Shown here piece after piece: positions 24,701 to 37,800 of a stretch of 64,000 bases of DNA. The first letter of the stretch is position 1. Each line of letters opens with the position of its first letter. Location: assembly GCF_009914755.1 (NCBI RefSeq), contig NC_060940.1, one strand, 5' to 3'. Made by a program: the position numbers and the translations under genes. This DNA is from the human T2T-CHM13v2.0 reference genome, Homo sapiens. The notes beneath the pieces were generated by a model. That model was not told the DNA's origin. It saw only the letters and a list, made by a program, of their open reading frames with translations, and did not search any database.

Positions 24701-27182
24701 GGATATCTTGGCCTCTTAGAGGCCTTCGTTGGAAACGGGTTTTTTCATGTAAGGTTAGACAGAGGAATTCCCAGTAACTTCCTTGTGTTGTGTGCATTCA
24801 ACTCACAGAGTTGAATGATTCTTTACACAGAGCAGATTTGAGACACTCTTTTGGTGGAATTTGTAAGTGGAGAATTCAGCCGCTTTGAGGTCAACGGTAG
24901 AAAAGGAAATATCTTCGTATAAAAACTAGACAGAATGATTCTCAGAAACTGTTTTGTGATGTGTGCGTTCAACTCACAGAGTTTAACCTTTCTTTTCAAA
25001 GAGCAGTTAGGAAACACTCTGTTTGTAAAGTCTGCAAGTGGATATTCAGACCTCTTTGAGGCCTTCGTTGGAAACGGGATTTCTTCATATTATGCTAGAC
25101 AGAAGAATTCTCAGTAACTTCCTTGTGTTGTGTGTATTCAACTCACAGAGTTGAACGATGCTTTACACAGAGCAGATTTGAAACACTCTTTTTCTGGAAT
25201 TTGCAAGTGGAGATTTCAGCCGCTTTGAGGTCAATGGTAGAAAAGGAAATATCTTCGTATAAAAACTAGACAGAATGATTCTCAGAAACTCCTTTGTGAT
25301 GTGTGCGTTCAACTCACAGAGTTTAACCTTTCTTTTCACAGAGCAGTTAGGAAACACTCTGTTTGTGAAGCCTGCCAGTGGATATTCGGACCTCTTTGAG
25401 GCCTTCGTTGGAAACGGGATTTCTTCATATTATGCTAGACAGAAGATTTCTCAGTAACTTCTTTGTGTTGTGTGTATGCAACTCACAGAGTTCAACCTTC
25501 CTTTAGACAGAGCAGATTTGAAACACTCTTTTTGTGGAATTTGCAAGTGGAGATTTCAAGCGCTTCGATGCCAATGGTAGAAAAGGAAATATCTTCGTAT
25601 AAAAACAAGACAAACTCGTTCCCAGACACTGCGTAGTGATGTGTGTGTTTAACTCACAGAGTTTAACCTTTCTTTTCATACAGCATTCTGGAAACCCTCT
25701 GTTTGTAAAGTCTGCAAGTGGATATTTGGACCTCTTAGATGCCTTCGTTGGAAACGGGATTTCTTCATATAATGCTAGAGGGAAGAATTCTTAGTAACTT
25801 CTTTGTGTTGTGTGTATTCAACTGACAGAGTTGAACCTTCCTTTAGACAGAGCAGATTTGAAAGTCTCTTTTTGTGGAATTTGCAAGTGGAGATTTCAAG
25901 CGCTTTGAGGCCAAAAGCAGAAAAGGAAATATTTTCCTATAAAAACTCGACAGAATCTTTCTCAGAAACTGCTCTGGGATGTGTGCGTTCAACTCACAGA
26001 GTTTAACTTTTCTTTTCATTCAGCAGTTTGGAAACACTCTGTTTGGAAAGTCTGCACGTGGATATTTTGACCTCTTTGAGGCCTTCGTTGGAAACGGGTT
26101 TTTTTCATGTAAGGCTAGACAGAAGAAATCTCAGTAACTTCCTTGTGTTGTGTGTATTCAACTGACAGAGTTGAACCTTCCTTTAGACAGAGCAGATTCG
26201 AAACACTCTTTTTCTGCAATTTGCAAGTGGAGACTTCAAGCGCTTTGAGGCCAAAGGCAGAAAAGGAAATATCTTCGTATAAAAACCCGACAGAATCATT
26301 CTCAGAAACTGCTCTGTGATGTGTGCGTTCAACTCACAGAGTTTAACTTTTCTTTTCATTCAGCAGTTTGGAAACACTCTGTTTGTAAAGTCTGCAAGTG
26401 GATATCTTGGCCTCTTAGAGGCCTTCGTTGGAAGCGGGTTTTTTCATGTAAGGATAGACAGAGGAATTCCCAGTAACTTCCTTGTGTTGTGTGCATTCAA
26501 CTCACAGAGTTGAATGATTCTTTACACAGAGCAGATTTGAGACACTCTTTTGGTGGAATTTGTAAGTGGAGAATTCAGCCGCTTTGAGGTCAACGGTAGA
26601 AAAGCAAATATCTTCGTATAAAAACTAGACAGAATGATTCTCAGAAACTGTTTTGTGATGTGTGCGTTCAACTCACAGAGTTTAACCTTTCTTTTCAAAG
26701 AGCAGTTAGGAAACACTCTGTTTGTAAAGTCTGCAAGTGGATATTCAGACCTCTTTGAGGCCTTCGTTGGAAACGGGATTTCTTCATATTATGCTAGACA
26801 GATGAATTCTCAGTAACTTCCTTGTGTTGTGTGTATTCAACTCACAGAGTTAAACGATCCTTTACACAGAGCAGATTTGAAACACTGTTTTTCTGGAATT
26901 TGCAAGTGGAGATTTCAGCCGCTTTGAGGTCAACGGTAGAAAAGGAAATATCTTCGTATAAAAACTAGACAGAATGATTCTCAGAAACTCCTTTGTGATG
27001 TGTGCGTTCAACTCACAGAGTTTACCCTTTCTTTTCACAGAGCAGTTAGGAAACACTCTGTTTGTGAAGCCTGCCAGTGGATATTCGGACCTCTTTGAGG
27101 CCTTCGTTGGAAACGGGATTTCTTCATATTATGCTAGACAGAAGATTTCTCAGTAACTTCTTTGTGTTGTGTGTATGCAACT

Positions 27183-28880
27183 CACAGAGTTCAACCTTCC
27201 TTTAGACAGAGCAGATTTGAAACACTCTTTTTGTGGAATTTGCAAGTGGAGATTTCAAGCGCTTCGATGCCAATGGTAGAAAAGGAAATATCTTCGTAGA
27301 AAAACAAGACAAACTCGTTCCCAGACACTGCGTAGTGATGTGTGTGTTTAACTCACAGAGTTTAACCTTTCTTTTCATACAGCATTCTGGAAACCCTCTG
27401 TTTGTAAAGTCTGCAAGTGGATATTTGGACCTCTTAGATGCCTTCGTTGGAAACGGGATTTCTTCATATAATGCTAGAGGGAAGAATTCTTAGTAACTTC
27501 TTTGTGTTGTGTGTATTCAACTGACAGAGTTGAACCTTCCTTTAGACAGAGCAGATTTGAAAGTCTCTTTTTGTGGAATTTGCAAGTGGAGATTTCAAGC
27601 GCTTTGAGGCCAAAAGCAGAAAAGGAAATATTTTCCTATAAAAACTCGACAGAATCTTTCTCAGAAACTGCTCTGGGATGTGTGCGTTCAACTCACAGAG
27701 TTTAACTTTTCTTTTCATTCAGCAGTTTGGAAACACTCTGTTTGGAAAGTCTGCACGTGGATATTTTGACCTCTTTGAGGCCTTCGTTGGAAACGGGTTT
27801 TTTTCATGTAAGGCTAGACAGAAGAAATCTCAGTAACTTCCTTGTGTTGTGTGTATTCAACTGACAGAGTTGAACCTTCCTTTAGACAGAGCAGTTCGAA
27901 ACACTCTTTTTCTGCAATTTGCAAGTGGAGACTTCAAGCGCTTTGAGGCCAAAGGCAGAAAAGGAAATATCTTCGTATAAAAACCCGACAGAATCATTCT
28001 CAGAAACTGCTCTGTGATGTGTGCGTTCAACTCACAGAGTTTAACTTTTCTTTTCATTCAGCAGTTTGGAAACACTCTGTTTGTAAAGTCTGCAAGTGGA
28101 TATCTTGGCCTCTTAGAGGCCTTCGTTGGAAGCGGGTTTTTTCATGTAAGGATAGACAGAGGAATTCCCAGTAACTTCCTTGTGTTGTGTGCATTCAACT
28201 CACAGAGTTGAATGATTCTTTACACAGAGCAGATTTGAGACACTCTTTTGGTGGAATTTGTAAGTGGAGAATTCAGCCGCTTTGAGGTCAACGGTAGAAA
28301 AGGAAATATCTTCGTATAAAAACTAGACAGAATGATTCTCAGAAACTGTTTTGTGATGTGTGCGTTCAACTCACAGAGTTTAACCTTTCTTTTCAAAGAG
28401 CAGTTAGGAAACACTCTGTTTGTAAAGTCTGCAAGTGGATATTCAGACCTCTTTGAGGCCTTCGTTGGAAACGGGATTTCTTCATATTATGCTAGACAGA
28501 TGAATTCTCAGTAACTTCCTTGTGTTGTGTGTATTCAACTCACAGAGTTAAACGATCCTTTACACAGAGCAGATTTGAAACACTGTTTTTCTGGAATTTG
28601 CAAGTGGAGATTTCAGCCGCTTTGAGGTCAATGGTAGAAAAGGAAATATCTTCGTATAAAAACTAGACAGAATGATTCTCAGAAACTCCTTTGTGATGTG
28701 TGCGTTCAACTCACAGAGTTTAACCTTTCTTTTCACAGAGCAGTTAGGAAACACTCTGTTTGTGAAGCCTGCCAGTGGATATTCGGACCTCTTTGAGGCC
28801 TTCGTTGGAAACGGGATTTCTTCATATTATGCTAGACAGAAGATTTCTCAGTAACTTCTTTGTGTTGTGTGTATGCAACT
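27183..28880 (+). repeat. HOR copy U17, 1698 bp (1-bp deletion)
   Basis: GCAGTTCGAA at 27891-27900 versus GCAGATTCGAA in other copies. Downstream ORF coordinates shift by 1. Confidence 0.92.
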
Positions 28881-31800
28881 CACAGAGTTCAACCTTCCTT
28901 TAGACAGAGCAGATTTGAAACACTCTTTTTGTGGAATTTGCAAGTGGAGATTTCAAGCGCTTCGATGCCAATGGTAGAAAAGGAAATATCTTCGTAGAAA
29001 AACAAGACAAACTCGTTCCCAGACACTGCGTAGTGATGTGTGTGTTTAACTCACAGAGTTTAACCTTTCTTTTCATACAGCATTCTGGAAACCCTGTGTT
29101 TGTAAAGTCTGCAAGTGGATATTTGGACCTCTTAGATGCCTTCGTTGGAAACGGGATTTCTTCATATAATGCTAGAGGGAAGAATTCTTAGTAACTTCTT
29201 TGTGTTGTGTGTATTCAACTGACAGAGTTGAACCTTCCTTTAGACAGAGCAGATTTGAAAGTCTCTTTTTGTGGAATTTGCAAGTGGAGATTTCAAGCGC
29301 TTTGAGGCCAAAAGCAGAAAAGGAAATATTTTCCTATAAAAACTCGACAGAATCTTTCTCAGAAACTGCTCTGGGATGTGTGCGTTCAACTCACAGAGTT
29401 TAACTTTTCTTTTCATTCAGCAGTTTGGAAACACTCTGTTTGGAAAGTCTGCACGTGGATATTTTGACCTCTTTGAGGCCTTCGTTGGAAACGGGTTTTT
29501 TTCATGTAAGGCTAGACAGAAGAAATCTCAGTAACTTCCTTGTGTTGTGTGTATTCAACTGACAGAGTTGAACCTTCCTTTAGACAGAGCAGATTCGAAA
29601 CACTCTTTTTCTGCAATTTGCAAGTGGAGACTTCAAGCGCTTTGAGGCCAAAGGCAGAAAAGGAAATATCTTCGTATAAAAACCCGACAGAATCATTCTC
29701 AGAAACTGCTCTGTGATGTGTGCGTTCAACTCACAGAGTTTAACTTTTCTTTTCATTCAGCAGTTTGGAAACACTCTGTTTGTAAAGTCTGCAAGTGGAT
29801 ATCTTGGCCTCTTAGAGGCCTTCGTTGGAAGCGGGTTTTTTCATGTAAGGATAGACAGAGGAATTCCCAGTAACTTCCTTGTGTTGTGTGCATTCAACTC
29901 ACAGAGTTGAATGATTCTTTACACAGAGCAGATTTGAGACACTCTTTTGGTGGAATTTGTAAGTGGAGAATTCAGCCGCTTTGAGGTCAACGGTAGAAAA
30001 GGAAATATCTTCGTATAAAAACTAGACAGAATGATTCTCAGAAACTGTTTTGTGATGTGTGCGTTCAACTCACAGAGTTTAACCTTTCTTTTCAAAGAGC
30101 AGTTAGGAAACACTCTGTTTGTAAAGTCTGCAAGTGGATATTCAGACCTCTTTGAGGCCTTCGTTGGAAACGGGATTTCTTCATATTATGGTAGACAGAT
30201 GAATTCTCAGTAACTTCCTTGTGTTGTGTGTATTCAACTCACAGAGTTGAACGATCCTTTACACAGAGCAGATTTGAAACACTGTTTTTCTGGAATTTGC
30301 AAGTGGAGATTTCAGCCGCTTTGAGGTCAATGGTAGAAAAGGAAATATCTTCGTATAAAAACTAGACAGAATGATTCTCAGAAACTCCTTTGTGATGTGT
30401 GCGTTCAACTCACAGAGTTTAACCTTTCTTTTCACAGAGCAGTTAGGAAACACTCTGTTTGTGAAGCCTGCCAGTGGATATTCGGACCTCTTTGAGGCCT
30501 TCGTTGGAAACGGGATTTCTTCATATTATGCCAGACAGAAGATTTCTCAGTAACTTCTTTGTGTTGTGTGTATGCAACTCACAGAGTTCAACCTTCCTTT
30601 AGACAGAGCAGATTTGAAACACTCTTTTTGTGGAATTTGCAAGTGGAGATTTCAAGCGCTTCGATGCCAATGGTAGAAAAGGAAATATCTTCGTATAAAA
30701 ACAAGACAAACTCGTTCCCAGACACTGCGTAGTGATGTGTGTGTTTAACTCACAGAGTTTCACCTTTCTTTTCATACAGCATTCTGGAAACCCTGTGTTT
30801 GTAAAGTCTGCAAGTGGATATTTGGACCTCTTAGATGCCTTCGTTGGAAACGGGATTTCTTCATATAATGCTAGAGGGAAGAATTCTTAGTAACTTCTTT
30901 GTGTTGTGTGTATTCAACTGACAGAGTTGAACCTTCCTTTAGACAGAGCAGATTTGAAAGTCTCTTTTTGTGGAATTTGCAAGTGGAGATTTCAAGTGCT
31001 TTGAGGCCAAAAGCAGAAAAGGAAATATTTTCCTATAAAAACTCGACAGAATCTTTCTCAGAAACTGCTCTGGGATGTGTGCGTTCAACTCACAGAGTTT
31101 AACTTTTCTTTTCATTCAGCAGTTTGGAAACACTCTGTTTGGAAAGTCTGCACGTGGATATTTTGACCTCTTTGAGGCCTTCGTTGGAAACGGGTTTTTT
31201 TCATGTAAGGCTAGACAGAAGAAATCTCAGTAACTTCCTTGTGTTGTGTGTATTCAACTGACAGAGTTGAACCTTCCTTTAGACAGAGCAGATTCGAAAC
31301 ACTCTTTTTCTGCAATTTGCAAGTGGAGACTTCAAGCGCTTTGAGGCCAAAGGCAGAAAAGGAAATATCTTCGTATAAAAACCCGACAGAATCATTCTCA
31401 GAAACTGCTCTGTGATGTGTGCGTTCAACTCACAGAGTTTAACTTTTCTTTTCATTCAGCAGTTTGGAAACACTCTGTTTGTAAAGTCTGCAAGTGGATA
31501 TCTTGGCCTCTTAGAGGCCTTCGTTGGAAGCGGGTTTTTTCATGTAAGGTTAGACAGAGGAATTCCCAGTAACTTCCTTGTGTTGTGTGCATTCAACTCA
31601 CAGAGTTGAATGATTCTTTACACAGAGCAGATTTGAGACACTCTTTTGGTGGAATTTGTAAGTGGAGAATTCAGCCGCTTTGAGGTCAACGGTAGAAAAG
31701 GAAATATCTTCGTATAAAAACTAGACAGAATGATTCTCAGAAACTGTTTTGTGATGTGTGCGTTCAACTCACAGAGTTTAACCTTTCTTTTCAAAGAGCA

Positions 31801-34800
31801 GTTAGGAAACACTCTGTTTGTAAAGTCTGCAAGTGGATATTCAGACCTCTTTGAGGCCTTCGTTGGAAACGGGATTTCTTCATATTATGCTAGACAGATG
31901 AATTCTCAGTAACTTCCTTGTGTTGTGTGTATTCAACTCACAGAGTTGAACGATCCTTTACACAGAGCAGATTTGAAACACTGTTTTTCTGGAATTTGCA
32001 AGTGGAGATTTCAGCCGCTTTGAGGTCAATGGTAGAAAAGGAAATATCTTCGTATAAAAACTAGACAGAATGATTCTCAGAAACTCCTTTGTGATGTGTG
32101 CGTTCAACTCACAGAGTTTAACCTTTCTTTTCACAGAGCAGTTAGGAAACACTCTGTTTGTGAAGCCTGCCAGTGGATATTCGGACCTCTTTGAGGCCTT
32201 CGTTGGAAACGGGATTTCTTCATATTATGCCAGACAGAAGATTTCTCAGTAACTTCTTTGTGTTGTGTGTATGCAACTCACAGAGTTCAACCTTCCTTTA
32301 GACAGAGCAGATTTGAAACACTCTTTTTGTGGAATTTGCAAGTGGAGATTTCAAGCGCTTCGATGCCAATGGTAGAAAAGGAAATATCTTCGTATAAAAA
32401 CAAGACAAACTCGTTCCCAGACACTGCGTAGTGATGTGTGTGTTTAACTCACAGAGTTTAACCTTTCTTTTCATACAGCATTCTGGAAACCCTGTGTTTG
32501 TAAAGTCTGCAAGTGGATATTTGGACCTCTTAGATGCCTTCGTTGGAAACGGGATTTCTTCATATAATGCTAGAGGGAAGAATTCTTAGTAACTTCTTTG
32601 TGTTGTGTGTATTCAACTGACAGAGTTGAACCTTCCTTTAGACAGAGCAGATTTGAAAGTCTCTTTTTGTGGAATTTGCAAGTGGAGATTTCAAGCGCTT
32701 TGAGGCCAAAAGCAGAAAAGGAAATATTTTCCTATAAAAACTCGACAGAATCTTTCTCAGAAACTGCTCTGGGATGTGTGCGTTCAACTCACAGAGTTTA
32801 ACTTTTCTTTTCATTCAGCAGTTTGGAAACACTCTGTTTGGAAAGTCTGCACGTGGATATTTTGACCTCTTTGAGGCCTTCGTTGGAAACGGGTTTTTTT
32901 CATGTAAGGCTAGACAGAAGAAATCTCAGTAACTTCCTTGTGTTGTGTGTATTCAACTGACAGAGTTGAACCTTCCTTTAGACAGAGCAGATTCGAAACA
33001 CTCTTTTTCTGCAATTTGCAAGTGGAGACTTCAAGCGCTTTGAGGCCAAAGGCAGAAAAGGAAATATCTTCGTATAAAAACCCGACAGAATCATTCTCAG
33101 AAACTGCTCTGTGATGTGTGCGTTCAACTCACAGAGTTTAACTTTTCTTTTCATTCAGCAGTTTGGAAACACTCTGTTTGTAAAGTCTGCAAGTGGATAT
33201 CTTGGCCTCTTAGAGGCCTTCGTTGGAAACGGGTTTTTTCATGTAAGGATAGACAGAGGAATTCCCAGTAACTTCCTTGTGTTGTGTGCATTCAACTCAC
33301 AGAGTTGAATGATTCTTTACACAGAGCAGATTTGAGACACTCTTTTGGTGGAATTTGTAAGTGGAGAATTCAGCCGCTTTGAGGTCAACGGTAGAAAAGG
33401 AAATATCTTCGTATAAAAACTAGACAGAATGATTCTCAGAAACTGTTTTGTGATGTGTGCGTTCAACTCACAGAGTTTAACCTTTCTTTTCAAAGAGCAG
33501 TTAGGAAACACTCTGTTTGTAAAGTCTGCAAGTGGATATTCAGACCTCTTTGAGGCCTTCGTTGGAAACGGGATTTCTTCATATTATGCTAGACAGATGA
33601 ATTCTCAGTAACTTCCTTGTGTTGTGTGTATTCAACTCACAGAGTTGAACGATCCTTTACACAGAGCAGATTTGAAACACTGTTTTTCTGGAATTTGCAA
33701 GTGGAGATTTCAGCCGCTTTGAGGTCAATGGTAGAAAAGGAAATATCTTCGTATAAAAACTAGACAGAATGATTCTCAGAAACTCCTTTGTGATGTGTGC
33801 GTTCAACTCACAGAGTTTAACCTTTCTTTTCACAGAGCAGTTAGGAAACACTCTGTTTGTGAAGCCTGCCAGTGGATATTCGGACCTCTTTGAGGCCTTC
33901 GTTGGAAACGGGATTTCTTCATATTATGCTAGACAGAAGATTTCTCAGTAACTTCTTTGTGTTGTGTGTATGCAACTCACAGAGTTCAACCTTCCTTTAG
34001 ACAGAGCAGATTTGAAACACTCTTTTTGTGGAATTTGCAAGTGGAGATTTCAAGCGCTTCGATGCCAATGGTAGAAAAGGAAATATCTTCGTAGAAAAAC
34101 AAGACAAACTCGTTCCCAGACACTGCGTAGTGATGTGTGTGTTTAACTCACAGAGTTTCACCTTTCTTTTCATACAGCATTCTGGAAACCCTCTGTTTGT
34201 AAAGTCTGCAAGTGGATATTTGGACCTCTTAGATGCCTTCGTTGGAAACGGGATTTCTTCATATAATGCTAGAGGGAAGAATTCTTAGTAACTTCTTTGT
34301 GTTGTGTGTATTCAACTGACAGAGTTGAACCTTCCTTTAGACAGAGCAGATTTGAAAGTCTCTTTTTGTGGAATTTGCAAGTGGAGATTTCAAGCGCTTT
34401 GAGGCCAAAAGCAGAAAAGGAAATATTTTCCTATAAAAACTCGACAGAATCTTTCTCAGAAACTGCTCTGGGATGTGTGCGTTCAACTCACAGAGTTTAA
34501 CTTTTCTTTTCATTCAGCAGTTTGGAAACACTCTGTTTGGAAAGTCTGCACGTGGATATTTTGACCTCTTTGAGGCCTTCGTTGGAAACGGGTTTTTTTC
34601 ATGTAAGGCTAGACAGAAGAAATCTCAGTAACTTCCTTGTGTTGTGTGTATTCAACTGACAGAGTTGAACCTTCCTTTAGACAGAGCAGATTCGAAACAC
34701 TCTTTTTCTGCAATTTGCAAGTGGAGACTTCAAGCGCTTTGAGGCCAAAGGCAGAAAAGGAAATATCTTCGTATAAAAACCCGACAGAATCATTCTCAGA

Positions 34801-37800
34801 AACTGCTCTGTGATGTGTGCGTTCAACTCACAGAGTTTAACTTTTCTTTTCATTCAGCAGTTTGGAAACACTCTGTTTGTAAAGTCTGCAAGTGGATATC
34901 TTGGCCTCTTAGAGGCCTTCGTTGGAAACGGGTTTTATCATGTAAGGTTAGACAGAGGAATTCCCAGTAACTTCCTTGTGTTGTGTGCATTCAACTCACA
35001 GAGTTGAATGATTCTTTACACAGAGCAGATTTGAGACACTCTTTTGGTGGAATTTGTAAGTGGAGAATTCAGCCGCTTTGAGGTCAACGGTAGAAAAGGA
35101 AATATCTTCGTATAAAAACTAGACAGAATGATTCTCAGAAACTGTTTTGTGATGTGTGCGTTCAACTCACAGAGTTTAACCTTTCTTTTCAAAGAGCAGT
35201 TAGGAAACACTCTGTTTGTAAAGTCTGCAAGTGGATATTCAGACCTCTTTGAGGCCTTCGTTGGAAACGGGATTTCTTCATATTATGCTAGACAGATGAA
35301 TTCTCAGTAACTTCCTTGTGTTGTGTGTATTCAACTCACAGAGTTGAACGATCCTTTACACAGAGCAGATTTGAAACACTGTTTTTCTGGAATTTGCAAG
35401 TGGAGATTTCAGCCGCTTTGAGGTCAATGGTAGAAAAGGAAATATCTTCGTATAAAAACTAGACAGAATGATTCTCAGAAACTCCTTTGTGATGTGTGCG
35501 TTCAACTCACAGAGTTTAACCTTTCTTTTCACAGAGCAGTTAGGAAACACTCTGTTTGTGAAGCCTGCCAGTGGATATTCGGACCTCTTTGAGGCCTTCG
35601 TTGGAAACGGGATTTCTTCATATTATGCTAGACAGAAGATTTCTCAGTAACTTCTTTGTGTTGTGTGTATGCAACTCACAGAGTTCAACCTTCCTTTAGA
35701 CAGAGCAGATTTGAAACACTCTTTTTGTGGAATTTGCAAGTGGAGATTTCAAGCGCTTCGATGCCAATGGTAGAAAAGGAAATATCTTCGTATAAAAACA
35801 AGACAAACTCGTTCCCAGACACTGCGTAGTGATGTGTGTGTTTAACTCACAGAGTTTAACCTTTCTTTTCATACAGCATTCTGGAAACCCTGTGTTTGTA
35901 AAGTCTGCAAGTGGATATTTGGACCTCTTAGATGCCTTCGTTGGAAACGGGATTTCTTCATATAATGCTAGAGGGAAGAATTCTTAGTAACTTCTTTGTG
36001 TTGTGTGTATTCAACTGACAGAGTTGAACCTTCCTTTAGACAGAGCAGATTTGAAAGTCTCTTTTTGTGGAATTTGCAAGTGGAGATTTCAAGCGCTTTG
36101 AGGCCAAAAGCAGAAAAGGAAATATTTTCCTATAAAAACTCGACAGAATCTTTCTCAGAAACTGCTCTGGGATGTGTGCGTTCAACTCACAGAGTTTAAC
36201 TTTTCTTTTCATTCAGCAGTTTGGAAACACTCTGTTTGGAAAGTCTGCACGTGGATATTTTGACCTCTTTGAGGCCTTCGTTGGAAACGGGTTTTTTTCA
36301 TGTAAGGCTAGACAGAAGAAATCTCAGTAACTTCCTTGTGTTGTGTGTATTCAACTGACAGAGTTGAACCTTCCTTTAGACAGAGCAGATTCGAAACACT
36401 CTTTTTCTGCAATTTGCAAGTGGAGACTTCAAGCGCTTTGAGGCCAAAGGCAGAAAAGGAAATATCTTCGTATAAAAACCCGACAGAATCATTCTCAGAA
36501 ACTGCTCTGTGATGTGTGCGTTCAACTCACAGAGTTTAACTTTTCTTTTCATTCAGCAGTTTGGAAACACTCTGTTTGTAAAGTCTGCAAGTGGATATCT
36601 TGGCCTCTTAGAGGCCTTCGTTGGAAGCGGGTTTTTTCATGTAAGGATAGACAGAGGAATTCCCAGTAACTTCCTTGTGTTGTGTGCATTCAACTCACAG
36701 AGTTGAATGATTCTTTACACAGAGCAGATTTCAGACACTCTTTTGGTGGAATTTGTAAGTGGAGAATTCAGCCGCTTTGAGGTCAACGGTAGAAAAGGAA
36801 ATATCTTCGTATAAAAACTAGACAGAATGATTCTCAGAAACTGTTTTGTGATGTGTGCGTTCAACTCACAGAGTTTAACCTTTCTTTTCAAAGAGCAGTT
36901 AGGAAACACTCTGTTTGTAAAGTCTGCAAGTGGATATTCAGACCTCTTTGAGGCCTTCATTGGAAACGGGATTTCTTCATATTATGCTAGACAGATGAAT
37001 TCTCAGTAACTTCCTTGTGTTGTGTGTATTCAACTCACAGAGTTGAACGATCCTTTACACAGAGCAGATTTGAAACACTGTTTTTCTGGAATTTGCAAGT
37101 GGAGATTTCAGCCGCTTTGAGGTCAATGGTAGAAAAGGAAATATCTTCGTATAAAAACTAGACAGAATGATTCTCAGAAACTCCTTTGTGATGTGTGCGT
37201 TCAACTCACAGAGTTTAACCTTTCTTTTCACAGAGCAGTTAGGAAACACTCTGTTTGTGAAGCCTGCCAGTGGATATTCGGACCTCTTTGAGGCCTTCGT
37301 TGGAAACGGGATTTCTTCATATTATGCTAGACAGAAGATTTCTCAGTAACTTCTTTGTGTTGTGTGTATGCAACTCACAGAGTTCAACCTTCCTTTAGAC
37401 AGAGCAGATTTGAAACACTCTTTTTGTGGAATTTGCAAGTGGAGATTTCAAGCGCTTCGATGCCAATGGTAGAAAAGGAAATATCTTCGTATAAAAACAA
37501 GACAAACTCGTTCCCAGACACTGCGTAGTGATGTGTGTGTTTAACTCACAGAGTTTAACCTTTCTTTTCATACAGCATTCTGGAAACCCTGTGTTTGTAA
37601 AGTCTGCAAGTGGATATTTGGACCTCTTAGATGCCTTCGTTGGAAACGGGATTTCTTCATATAATGCTAGAGGGAAGAATTCTTAGTAACTTCTTTGTGT
37701 TGTGTGTATTCAACTGACAGAGTTGAACCTTCCTTTAGACAGAGCAGATTTGAAAGTCTCTTTTTGTGGAATTTGCAAGTGGAGATTTCAAGCGCTTTGA

